Shown here piece by piece: positions 55,901-64,000 of a stretch of 64,000 nt of DNA. The stretch comes from an uncultured Solibacteraceae bacterium. Lineage in GTDB: Bacteria > Acidobacteriota > Terriglobia > 20CM-2-55-15. The notes below the pieces were generated by a model, which saw only the letters and a list, made by a program, of their open reading frames with translations, ran no database searches and had not been told where the DNA came from. The DNA is taken from assembly GCA_964584785.1 (NCBI GenBank), contig CAZPBY010000012.1, positions 56,590 to 120,589 of the forward strand. The letters run 5' to 3'. The translations under genes and the position numbers were made by a program. Positions within the stretch are counted from its first letter, which is position 1, and each line of letters opens with the position of its first letter.

Positions 55901-56927
55901 ATAGCCGCTCCGGAATCACAGGCAGCACTTTCCGGTAAATCGGATTTGTCCTCGGCTTCAAGTTGCCGGCCTCGTCTTGAGTTTGTAGCGGTTTGGGTTT
56001 CGTCGTGTCGCGGTAATAGAACAATTCAGCGCGGTGCGCTCCCAGACGGTTTTTGAAAGTGATCAGGCCGTGATGGTCCAGATCCGAACGTCCCAGATCG
56101 AACTGCGTGGCTCCCTGGGACTTCGCTTCCCGTATCGTCTGCCAGCATAGAAACGGCATGGCGCCGAGATTGTTATACCGATCGTCCGAGCAGGCATATT
56201 TGTAAACGATGGTGTCCCTGAAACTCAGCGTCATGGTGGCCGCAATGGGAACGCCGTCCTTTGACGCGATCCGGATGGCAACCTGATCACCGAGACACTG
56301 AACGACGTTTTCAAACCATTTGAAAGGTTGAGGTGGCACACCGTGCCGGCGCCGGGTGGATACGAACAGCCGGTAGAAACCGTTCAACAGAGCCGCGGAA
56401 TTGCCGGATTCATATTGCAGGTTTTCCCGCTCCGCGCGCCTCACGGCGTTTCTCTCACTCTTAACGAATCCCTTGAAGATCTCCTCTTCCGTTCGTGAAA
56501 GATCCAGCGTGTGCAGGCAGAAGCTCTTGAAAGTCCCGAAGCCGGAAACGCCGTCCAGCGTCGATGCCGGCAACACCGATGGGCGTATCTCGACGAACCG
56601 TTGCTGGGAACGGCGACGCTCTTCATGCGCAAAACACAACAATTCTTTGAGCGCTGCACCGCTATGAACCAGCGGACTGCAATGATCCGAAAACGGCAGC
56701 GATACACTTCGGTTGCCCGTCAACCAGCTCTTCAAATGGCAGAGAACCAGACCGTCCCTGAGCTGCCCCGACGGTAGCGTTGTGACATACGCCACCGGTT
56801 CAAATCCGTACGTCAGCTTCAACGCCTCGAGCCATTTGGCGGTATGGAAGATGCATGCCGCCGGATGACTCTCAACGAACGTATGCCAACGCGGATCTTG
56901 AATCGGATCGATTCTGGTGACTGTCAT
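55860..56927 (-). CDS. FemAB-family protein (GNAT-fold aminoacyl/peptidyl transferase-like), of the PEP-CTERM-locus-associated type.
   Basis: 355 aa. N-terminus MTVTRIDPIQDPRWHTFVESHPAACIFHTAKWLEALKLTYGFEP is typical of the FemAB-like proteins encoded next to exosortase/EPS genes. Confidence 0.65.
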   Translation of the reverse strand: MTVTRIDPIQDPRWHTFVESHPAACIFHTAKWLEALKLTYGFEPVAYVTTLPSGQLRDGLVLCHLKSWLTGNRSVSLPFSDHCSPLVHSGAALKELLCFAHEERRRSQQRFVEIRPSVLPASTLDGVSGFGTFKSFCLHTLDLSRTEEEIFKGFVKSERNAVRRAERENLQYESGNSAALLNGFYRLFVSTRRRHGVPPQPFKWFENVVQCLGDQVAIRIASKDGVPIAATMTLSFRDTIVYKYACSDDRYNNLGAMPFLCWQTIREAKSQGATQFDLGRSDLDHHGLITFKNRLGAHRAELFYYRDTTKPKPLQTQDEAGNLKPRTNPIYRKVLPVIPERLFVLVGELLYKHVG

Positions 56928-56950
56928 GTTACGAAGCGGATGGTCCGCAG

Positions 56951-58240
56951 TTACTTACACGCCACCCGCTCGACAAATCGGACGTAGGCGTCCCTTTGCC
57001 GGGGCCAGTTATAAACGGAATTGAATTTTTCGGAATTCCTGGCCAGTTGCTCGCGCCGGGCCTTGTCGCGATACAGCTTACGGATGCGATCGGCCAGATC
57101 CTCGACGTCCTCCGCGTTGAAGAACTCGACAGTGTCTTCGCTGAAGTAGTGCGACACGACACTCGTTCGAGCGACAACGGCAGGGACACCCAGCGCGACG
57201 TACTCCAGCAACTTCGTGGGGAGGATACCGTCCGTGAAGACATCGCGCCGATAGGGAACAATACCGACATCATGCGACTGAATAAGCTCTGCGAGTTCAA
57301 CCGACGTCAGAAACTCCGTCGTTACCTCGACATCCTTCTGAAGGCCAAGCTCCTTCACCAGTTCGCGAATGGCATCAATGTAGTCGCCGCGGCCATGTAT
57401 CCTCAGAGAGATGTTCGGTATCTCGTTACGAACCGATTGGTAAGCCCTCAGCAGAAGGTCGATACCATATCGATGTGCGAGCGTCCCATGGTAGAGCAGC
57501 CTTAGCGGAAGCCCCTCCCCTCCGTTCTTTTGCAAACGGCGGCTCAGTGGCTGTCGAGTGAAGTGTGTTTCATCCGCCAGATTCATCACAACGAAGCACT
57601 TCTCCTTCGGAACACCGCGCTTGATAAGCGTGTCCCTCCAAAGATCCGTTACCGTGATAACCCGATGCGCAAACCGGCATGATAGGTATTCTTGCAATTT
57701 AAGAACGTATGCCGGCAGGCTATCCATGGACTGTTTGAATCTGGAACAATAGAACTCCGGCATCAGGTCGTGAATGTCGAGAATGACCCGACTGCCGGTC
57801 AGGCGTGGAACAAGCGCCGCAAACACAAGGAAGTCGGGCAGATTGTGACACTGCACAACGTTGAAACGGTTCTTCAAATGAAGCCGCGACACTTTCAGGA
57901 ATGCCAGGAAGGCAAAAGCCACGTATTCGAACAGTTGTGCGAATCGGCTCCATTTCTTCTGGCCGAGGCCGATGCGATGAATCGACAGTTGCCCATTCGA
58001 TTCATACAGCGGCTCCGAGCCGAAGCGCCGGCAGATGACGTCGACCACGTGGCCTTGCGCCATCAGTGCCTCGGCCTCGCGCTGTACACGGACCTCGGAA
58101 AAGGGGTAGTAGTTTTGCACGACCATGCAATGCCGGAGAGGCTTTGCGGCCGTGGCTTGTATCTTCGCCTCTGAAACCTCAGAGGGATCCAGTATCGAGG
58201 GTGATCTCATAGCTTTTTCCGGAAGTTTTCGATCGGACAC
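56951..58240 (-). CDS. Glycosyltransferase family 4 (PEP-CTERM/EpsH1-system-associated sugar transferase type).
   Basis: 429 aa with a GT-B two-domain layout. C-terminal region LLRLLYHGTLAHRYGIDLLL...EFLTSVELAELIQSHDVGIVPY matches the GT4 C-terminal domain. Confidence 0.75.
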   Translation of the reverse strand: MSDRKLPEKAMRSPSILDPSEVSEAKIQATAAKPLRHCMVVQNYYPFSEVRVQREAEALMAQGHVVDVICRRFGSEPLYESNGQLSIHRIGLGQKKWSRFAQLFEYVAFAFLAFLKVSRLHLKNRFNVVQCHNLPDFLVFAALVPRLTGSRVILDIHDLMPEFYCSRFKQSMDSLPAYVLKLQEYLSCRFAHRVITVTDLWRDTLIKRGVPKEKCFVVMNLADETHFTRQPLSRRLQKNGGEGLPLRLLYHGTLAHRYGIDLLLRAYQSVRNEIPNISLRIHGRGDYIDAIRELVKELGLQKDVEVTTEFLTSVELAELIQSHDVGIVPYRRDVFTDGILPTKLLEYVALGVPAVVARTSVVSHYFSEDTVEFFNAEDVEDLADRIRKLYRDKARREQLARNSEKFNSVYNWPRQRDAYVRFVERVACK

Positions 58241-58242
58241 GG

Positions 58243-59448
58243 TTAGGCGACGGCTGCCCGGGTCGCGTAGAACTCTTTAATCGCATCGACGACCTTGTCC
58301 TGCTGTTCGTCGCGCAGTTGCGGATACATCGGCAGTGACAGGATTTGTGAAGCGGCCTCCTCACAAACGGGGAAATCGCCCTTGCGATATCCAAGATGCG
58401 CATAGGCGTCCTGTAAGTGGAGTGGCAATGGATAGTGCAGACCGGTTCCGATTCCCTGCGCCGTGAGGTGCGACTGCAGTTGATCGCGAACCGCGGTTCG
58501 AATCACATAAAGGTGGTAGACACCACGACTCCAGTCCGGCTCAACGGGCAATGCCAGTTCCTCGACCTCGGCCAGCAGTTCGTTGTAACGCTTCGCCAAT
58601 CGAGCGCGGCTCGCGTTCCATTCGGCCAGGTAGCGCAATTTGACGCTCAAGATGCCGGTCTGAACGGCGTCCAGCCGGCCATTGTAACCCTCGAATGCAT
58701 GGAAGTACTTCTGACGTTGGCCGTGATCTCGGAGCATGCGGACCTTGGCCGCAATGGCGTCATCGTCTGTCGTCAATCCACCGCCTTCACCCATGGCGCC
58801 CAGATTTTTGGCAGGATAAAAACTGAAAGCGGCGGCCCTTCCAACACTGCCGGCCGTTTTCCACTCCGACTTCTTCGGCAATAGACATTCCGCGCCGTGC
58901 GCCTGGCAGGCGTCTTCGACGACGAACAGGCCGTATCGCCCGGCGATTTCGAGAATGCCTTCCATGTCTGCCATCTGCCCGTACAGATGAACCGGCACGA
59001 TAGCCTTCACCCGCAGGCCGGTTGCTCGATCGATCGGCAGCCCGGTTTTCGAATCATGCTCACACGCCGTCTCCAGGTAATTTGCCAGCGCGATAGTGCT
59101 CATGTTTGACGTTGCCGGGTCGATGTCGATGAATCGGCAAGTGCCACCGGCCTGTGTGATCGCTTCGCCGGTTGCAATGAACGTATTCGGCACCGTGAGC
59201 ACGGCGTCGCCCGCGGTGATACCCGCGGCGATCAGCGCGAAACGAAGAGCGTCGGTACCGCTGTTCAGAGCGACGCTGTGTTTCGTTCCGCAAAACTCGG
59301 CAAACTCTTTCTCAAACCTCTGGACAAAGGGTCCGCCGATGGCGATGCCGGTCGTGAGCACTTCATCAAAAACCGCCTGAAGTTGCTCTTTCAGTTCTAG
59401 GTTGCTTTGAATTAAATCTACGAATGGAACGATTGTTTGACTATTCAT
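58243..59448 (-). CDS. DegT/DnrJ/EryC1/StrS-family PLP-dependent nucleotide-sugar aminotransferase.
   Basis: 401 aa. PLP-binding region SFYPAKNLGAMGEGGGLTTDD (Lys within the AKNLG motif). N-terminal substrate domain. Confidence 0.85.
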   Translation of the reverse strand: MNSQTIVPFVDLIQSNLELKEQLQAVFDEVLTTGIAIGGPFVQRFEKEFAEFCGTKHSVALNSGTDALRFALIAAGITAGDAVLTVPNTFIATGEAITQAGGTCRFIDIDPATSNMSTIALANYLETACEHDSKTGLPIDRATGLRVKAIVPVHLYGQMADMEGILEIAGRYGLFVVEDACQAHGAECLLPKKSEWKTAGSVGRAAAFSFYPAKNLGAMGEGGGLTTDDDAIAAKVRMLRDHGQRQKYFHAFEGYNGRLDAVQTGILSVKLRYLAEWNASRARLAKRYNELLAEVEELALPVEPDWSRGVYHLYVIRTAVRDQLQSHLTAQGIGTGLHYPLPLHLQDAYAHLGYRKGDFPVCEEAASQILSLPMYPQLRDEQQDKVVDAIKEFYATRAAVA

Positions 59449-59941
59449 TAGTACCTGTCTCCTCCTTGATATAACGAACGATACGCGCTGGGTTTCCTAC
59501 GACGATTGCCGATGGCGGCACATCCTTGGTAACGACGCTGCCTGCACCGACAATCGCGTTTTCGCCGATGGTGACATTCGCCAGGATGGTTGTGCCCGAT
59601 CCGATGGAGGCTCCCTTTTTCACGAGGGTAGGGCTGACACTCCAATCCGCTTCTGTTTGCAACTGTCCAGAGCCGGTGGTGGCTCTGGGATAAAGATCAT
59701 TAATAAAAGTCACGCTATGGCCGATGAAGACGTTGTCCTCGATCGTGACACCTTCACAAACGAATGTATGGCTGGATATCTTGCAGTTCTTTCCAACAAA
59801 CGCGTTTTTCTGGATCTCGACAAATGCACCGATCTTGGTGTTGTCTCCGACCGTGCAGCCATAAAGGTTGATGAACCTTGCTAGTCTGACGTTCTCACCC
59901 AACCGAACATCATCGGCAATACTTACCAAATCGTTCTTCAT
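59441..59941 (-). CDS. Left-handed beta-helix (hexapeptide-repeat) sugar N-acetyltransferase (WbbJ/PglD-like).
   Basis: 166 aa of tandem hexapeptide repeats (IGAFVEIQKNAFVGKNCKISSHTFVCEGVTIEDNVFIGHSVTF). The gene is paired with the DegT aminotransferase gene immediately downstream on the minus strand (58243-59448). Confidence 0.8.
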   Translation of the reverse strand: MKNDLVSIADDVRLGENVRLARFINLYGCTVGDNTKIGAFVEIQKNAFVGKNCKISSHTFVCEGVTIEDNVFIGHSVTFINDLYPRATTGSGQLQTEADWSVSPTLVKKGASIGSGTTILANVTIGENAIVGAGSVVTKDVPPSAIVVGNPARIVRYIKEETGTNE

Positions 59942-59974
59942 TGTTCCTTTTCTTCCTTTTCAATGATTCCAAAC

Positions 59975-61342
59975 CTACCGGCGCGACACTCCGAGCTTGT
60001 CCATAAGCTCATAAAGTGTCGGCCTGCTGATCGACAACTCCGCTGCAGCCCGAGTCACGTTGCCCCTGTTCTTGTTCAGTGCGGCTTCGATCATCTGACG
60101 CTCCAGCGCTTCTCGCGCCTGCCCCAACGACTGCCCCTCGTATTCAGCGTAGGACGTTGCAAGACCGAGATCTTCGGGCGTAACCCTTCCGGTCTCCGCC
60201 ATGATGGCCGCCCGTTGAATTCTGTTTTCGAGTTCCCGGACGTTTCCGGGCCACGAGTGCGATTCGATCGCTTTAATGGCTCGCGGCGTAAAGACAAGCT
60301 TCTTCTGCTGCGCGTCCGACTGCCGTTGCAGGAATGCGTTGGCCAGCTGGATCACGTCGCCTTCGCGCTGACGCAGCGGAGGCATGGACACAACCACTAC
60401 GGCAAGCCGATAGTAAAGGTCTTCGCGGAAGCGTCCATCGAGCATCGCTTTGGTCAAGTCGATGTTGGTCGCGGCAATCACCTTTGCATCCACTTTGATC
60501 AATGTTCTGCCGCCGACTCTCTCGAATTCACGTTCCTGCAAAAACCGCAGAAGCTTTACTTGTAAGGCCGGTGACAGTTCTCCGATCTCGTCGAGGAACA
60601 AGGTCCCACGCTGGGCCAATTCGATTCGCCCCTGCCGCTGGACGTGAGCCCCGGTGAACGCTCCCTTTTCGTGGCCGAAGAGTTCGCTCTCCAGAAGGTT
60701 TTCGGGAATGGCTCCGCAGTTGATGGCGATAAACGGGCCGTTCTTTCTCGAACTCAGACGGTGGATGGCACGCGCGACAAGCTCCTTGCCCGTGCCGCTT
60801 TCGCCTCCGATCAGAACGGAGGCATCCGAGCCCGACATCTTTCGGATTGACGCGAATACCGATTGCATTTGCGGACCGCTCCCGATGATGCCTTCCAGCG
60901 AATCGGTCTGGCCGTTTGCCAGCAGTTCGCGATGGTCGAGCTCAAGCTGATGAACGTGTACAGCCCGTGTCATCACAATCTTGAGTTCGTCGATGTTGAC
61001 CGGCTTGCAGAAGAAATCGTAGGCACCCTGCGCTATCGCCTGAATGCCGTTCTCTTTTTCATCCTGACCGGTAATGACAATAATCTTGAGCGATGGATCG
61101 GACTGAAGTAGATCCGCCAGCGCGGCAAAACCTTCACGGGTGTCGCCGGGAGATGGAGGGAGTCCGAGATCCAGAGTCACAACAGCGGGTCTGTGTTGCT
61201 TCAAGACCTGAAGAGCGGTCTGCCTGTCTTCAGCCAGCAATACCTCGAACTGTTGCGTGAGAGCCCATCTCATCTGGCTTCTCACTTCGTCGTCATCTTC
61301 AACAATCAAAATCGTAGGCAGTTCCATACGTTTTAATTCCAT
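59975..61342 (-). CDS. prsR: Sigma-54-dependent response regulator PrsR (PEP-CTERM-box response regulator type).
   Basis: N-terminal receiver domain (ILIVEDDDEVRSQ...DLGLPPSPGDTREGF, the PrsR-characteristic insert). AAA+ sigma-54 interaction domain (GESGTGKE...GAFTGA). C-terminal Fis-type HTH. Confidence 0.85.
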   Translation of the reverse strand: MELKRMELPTILIVEDDDEVRSQMRWALTQQFEVLLAEDRQTALQVLKQHRPAVVTLDLGLPPSPGDTREGFAALADLLQSDPSLKIIVITGQDEKENGIQAIAQGAYDFFCKPVNIDELKIVMTRAVHVHQLELDHRELLANGQTDSLEGIIGSGPQMQSVFASIRKMSGSDASVLIGGESGTGKELVARAIHRLSSRKNGPFIAINCGAIPENLLESELFGHEKGAFTGAHVQRQGRIELAQRGTLFLDEIGELSPALQVKLLRFLQEREFERVGGRTLIKVDAKVIAATNIDLTKAMLDGRFREDLYYRLAVVVVSMPPLRQREGDVIQLANAFLQRQSDAQQKKLVFTPRAIKAIESHSWPGNVRELENRIQRAAIMAETGRVTPEDLGLATSYAEYEGQSLGQAREALERQMIEAALNKNRGNVTRAAAELSISRPTLYELMDKLGVSRR

Positions 61343-62583
61343 TAGAACGCAAAGTGCAGTGCTTTGGCGCTCGACGGGACGTTAACCATATATCGTGAGG
61401 GTGAATCCGCGGGAGCCGCTAGGACCGGTAAGGGAATGCGGTCGCCATTAGCTCGTTCCAACCGAGCTGTCAAAGGTCGCGCAGAAGCCGGTAACATCAG
61501 TGTAACTTCCGGATCTCCAAACCTGGACGTATCCAGTGAACTTCGAATCGAAAGAGTGGTTTCGTTGTTCAACCGGTACGCCGTGATGTGCATCTGCCGG
61601 CGGGCCTCGCAGTAAGCCGCAAGGTCTCCCATGGTCGCAACCCAAATGTTGCCGGACCTCTGCTCATTATCGAAGTAGTGCAGGATTCGGCATAAATGGT
61701 CTTCAAAAAGTTCCGACGGGTCTGACGGATGAAGCCATAAAGAGTAGGCAGCGCGGCGTTCCATCGCCTTTTCGACAAAGATTCTTACCTTCTCGAGGTA
61801 ATCGTAGTGCCGTGCGGACCGCATGTTCATGCTTTCGTAAATCTTGTACACGCCGGATGGTGTTCGTTCCGGATATGAGCATCGAATACGATCGTCTCGG
61901 TGCCGGACCGCGACAATTCCGTCCTCGGCCAGCAACGGCAGGTAGGAATGGCCCATGATGTTGTGCGGAAACACAAGAGATCGCGGTGTTACACCGAAGG
62001 GGCGCATCGCACCGGCGCAACTCTCGATCTCACGATGAACCAGATCGGGCGTGGAGCAGCGATCCGAAAAATTGATGTGGCTGAACGTGTGAGTTCCGAT
62101 CTCATGATCCATCTTCGCGTCGACGATCTGCTGCACAAGATCAGGCGCATACCATAAGGGATCCCTTGTCCAGTCGGAGCAGGGATCGTGCAGATACCAG
62201 TCGCCGGTCCATCGGTCGTTAGCTCGCGGCCTGGGCATGTTGGCATGAGCAAGGCCGGAGCAAGAACGTGTGCAGCTCTCGAGAAACAGGTGGCCGACGG
62301 TGGCCCAGGTGATCGGAATGGAGAAGTCATCCAGCATTTTCAAAAGCACCGGCATGTTGGCGCGTTCCTGCACGCCTCTCCACATCGCTGCGTCCGGATC
62401 ACGCCCGCGCCAGGCCCAGCTCATCTCAAAGTCCGCAGAGATCGATACGGCTGCACGTGCATCATTCTTGAATGGTGCGATCTCGATTCCAGAAAAGGAC
62501 CGATGCTCAGGCGGATGACCTGGAGCGAAGTTCCCCTTCAACCCGAAAATCGTTTTCAGAAGTGTGGGGTTATCTACTTTCAT
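61342..62583 (-). CDS. Polysaccharide deacetylase (NodB-homology) family protein inserted between prsK and prsR.
   Basis: 413 aa with the motifs ISADFEMSW and HEIGTHTFSH. The stop lies 4 nt from the prsK stop and the start overlaps the prsR start position. Confidence 0.6.
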   Translation of the reverse strand: MKVDNPTLLKTIFGLKGNFAPGHPPEHRSFSGIEIAPFKNDARAAVSISADFEMSWAWRGRDPDAAMWRGVQERANMPVLLKMLDDFSIPITWATVGHLFLESCTRSCSGLAHANMPRPRANDRWTGDWYLHDPCSDWTRDPLWYAPDLVQQIVDAKMDHEIGTHTFSHINFSDRCSTPDLVHREIESCAGAMRPFGVTPRSLVFPHNIMGHSYLPLLAEDGIVAVRHRDDRIRCSYPERTPSGVYKIYESMNMRSARHYDYLEKVRIFVEKAMERRAAYSLWLHPSDPSELFEDHLCRILHYFDNEQRSGNIWVATMGDLAAYCEARRQMHITAYRLNNETTLSIRSSLDTSRFGDPEVTLMLPASARPLTARLERANGDRIPLPVLAAPADSPSRYMVNVPSSAKALHFAF

Positions 62584-62586
62584 GAC

Positions 62587-64000
62587 TCAACTGCGCGGTA
62601 AAACCACCCGGAACTCCGTCCCTTTGCCGAGTGCGCTATTCACCTCGATCCTTCCTCGATGCGCTTCAACGATCAACTTACTGTGAAACAACCCAATGCC
62701 CAGGCCCTTCTTCTTGGTCGTCTGAAAGGGCCGGAACAGAGCATTCTCAATGAACTCTTCGGACATTCCACATCCGTTGTCGCGAACGGAAAAACCTACC
62801 ATGTTCCCTTCGTGGATAGTTGCGACACGGATCACACCGTTGCCGTTGACTGCTTCGCTGGCGTTAATAACTAAATTCGTTAGCACCTTGTGCATTTGTT
62901 CGGAATCGACAAGGGCTTTGGGTATCGGCCGCAAGTCCGGCTGGATGTCCGCTTTCACATTTTTGAACTCACTCAGCGTGTTTGTGATGAGGGCGTTCAA
63001 ATCGCCTTCGGACACCTTGAGTTCGATGTTGCGCTTGAGCATCGCAAGCCGGCTGCACATATCGTCGATCTTCGCCACGCTTGTCGAGATGACGCGAAGC
63101 GCGTCCGCCCGGAACTCCGGACTCTCAAAGTTTGCCGGCAGATTCTGCATCGTCAGAGAAAGTCTCGAAGCCAGATTCTTCAGGTCGTGAACGAAGAATG
63201 TGGATACCGTTTGAAAAGTCTCGATCTCTTTTGCGTGCCTGAGGCGCGCCGAGAACTTGACGTTCAGGATGCTTGCAGCGAGGTGCGATGCCAGTGTCTC
63301 CAGCAGCACAAAGTCTTCGGCAGAGAGATCTTTCACGCCGCCGATTCGATCGTCGTTCAGCGTCATGACGCCGACCAACTCGCCGGCCGCCTGCAGCCGG
63401 ACGACATACCGCATTTTCGATTCGCGAAAACATTCGCCACTGGCAGCCATGATCTCCGCAGGCCAGGCGAACTCCCGCTCCGACAAATCCACGCAATTGG
63501 AATGATCTTGAAAGAAACGGATCAGATCCGCAGCGCTCTTTCCCGCTCTTTCCAACTCTTTGGCATGGACGGCGTGAATCGCCGTCGATCCGGCCAGCGT
63601 CAGCCGTTGTTGCGTTTCGTCCGCCAGCCACACGCTGACGGAAAGGATGTCCAGCGACTCCGAGACCATCTTGCTCACGGCTCCACTCAGTTCGCTTGCA
63701 TCCAGTAGCGACGCTGTTCTCCTGGTGAGATCCATCCACACGCTGCGGTAGTCGTAGGCCGGCCGATTGAAGTGTCGTGTTACAAAGAGCCGCAGCTTGT
63801 GTCGAAGGCGATTCGACAGCAACAGAACCGCAAGCACGATCAACGACAGGACAACGACGAACGCGTCGACCGGAATCGACGGGCTCGGGGCCAGATCGCG
63901 CGCAAATCGCGCCAGCACACCTACCGAAATGAGGTAAATGCCGACGAGGATGAGGGTCAAAGAGTTCTGAATCGTGACCGTGGAAAGGTAGACATCCACA
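62587..64000 (-). CDS. prsK: Sensor histidine kinase PrsK (PEP-CTERM-system type), truncated at its N-terminus by the window edge.
   Basis: GAF-like domain, HisKA (FFVHDLKNLASRL) and HATPase_c (RDNGCGM...GLGIGL). The ORF runs open to position 63999 with no genuine ATG (GTG at the edge). TM helices are present at the N-terminal end of the visible portion. Confidence 0.8.
   Translation of the reverse strand, partial: VDVYLSTVTIQNSLTLILVGIYLISVGVLARFARDLAPSPSIPVDAFVVVLSLIVLAVLLLSNRLRHKLRLFVTRHFNRPAYDYRSVWMDLTRRTASLLDASELSGAVSKMVSESLDILSVSVWLADETQQRLTLAGSTAIHAVHAKELERAGKSAADLIRFFQDHSNCVDLSEREFAWPAEIMAASGECFRESKMRYVVRLQAAGELVGVMTLNDDRIGGVKDLSAEDFVLLETLASHLAASILNVKFSARLRHAKEIETFQTVSTFFVHDLKNLASRLSLTMQNLPANFESPEFRADALRVISTSVAKIDDMCSRLAMLKRNIELKVSEGDLNALITNTLSEFKNVKADIQPDLRPIPKALVDSEQMHKVLTNLVINASEAVNGNGVIRVATIHEGNMVGFSVRDNGCGMSEEFIENALFRPFQTTKKKGLGIGLFHSKLIVEAHRGRIEVNSALGKGTEFRVVLPRS

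Noticed and set aside
56781-56800. GGTTCAAATCC (tRNA T-loop-like motif).
   Set aside because: It lies inside the FemAB-like CDS. No acceptor-stem or anticodon-arm complementarity is present and no CCA follows. It is a chance match.

Overview
High-GC (~60%) bacterial chromosome segment, probably from an Acidobacterium: it carries an ADOP-type duplicated permease, HAF extracellular repeats, and the PEP-CTERM-system regulators PrsK/PrsR. Coding density is high. There are no rRNA, tRNA, CRISPR, integrase or transposase genes. Left part (1-19 kb): a spermidine-synthase-like membrane fusion protein, a Tat-signal amidase, a two-subunit molybdoenzyme (2Fe-2S small subunit plus Tat-signal molybdopterin large subunit), secreted repeat proteins, a secreted amidohydrolase, an ADOP permease, a second secreted amidase and a nucleotide-sugar dehydrogenase. 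Middle (19-40 kb): a HAF-repeat protein; a 1043-aa secreted IPT + PKD-like-repeat + beta-helix protein and its truncated paralog; an ArnB/ArnC/ArnT-like periplasmic glycosylation module (DegT aminotransferase, Und-P GT2, RmlA, GT-C transferase) with AsnB and an O-antigen-ligase-like protein; a 2059-aa secreted protein with three DUF4082 modules and five tandem Fn3 domains. Right part (40-64 kb): a ~24 kb co-directional, start/stop-overlapping minus-strand array running from prsK (partial) through a NodB deacetylase, prsR, an LbH acetyltransferase, DegT, three GT4 genes, FemAB-like, a sulfotransferase, a second deacetylase and a MurJ-like flippase, then into a ~2650-aa giant surface protein (IPT + ~22 tandem PKD-like domains + C-terminal beta-helix) followed by ATP-grasp and metallophosphoesterase genes. 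The most notable points are (i) a PrsK/PrsR-linked locus predicted to make a sulfated, N-acetylated/deacetylated, possibly aminoacylated exopolysaccharide, with no exosortase or PEP-CTERM substrate in the window; (ii) a family of three giant or near-giant beta-helix surface proteins, likely glycan-active, embedded in it; (iii) an Arn-like lipid-linked amino-sugar transfer module; and (iv) long near-identical coding tandem repeats prone to length variation.
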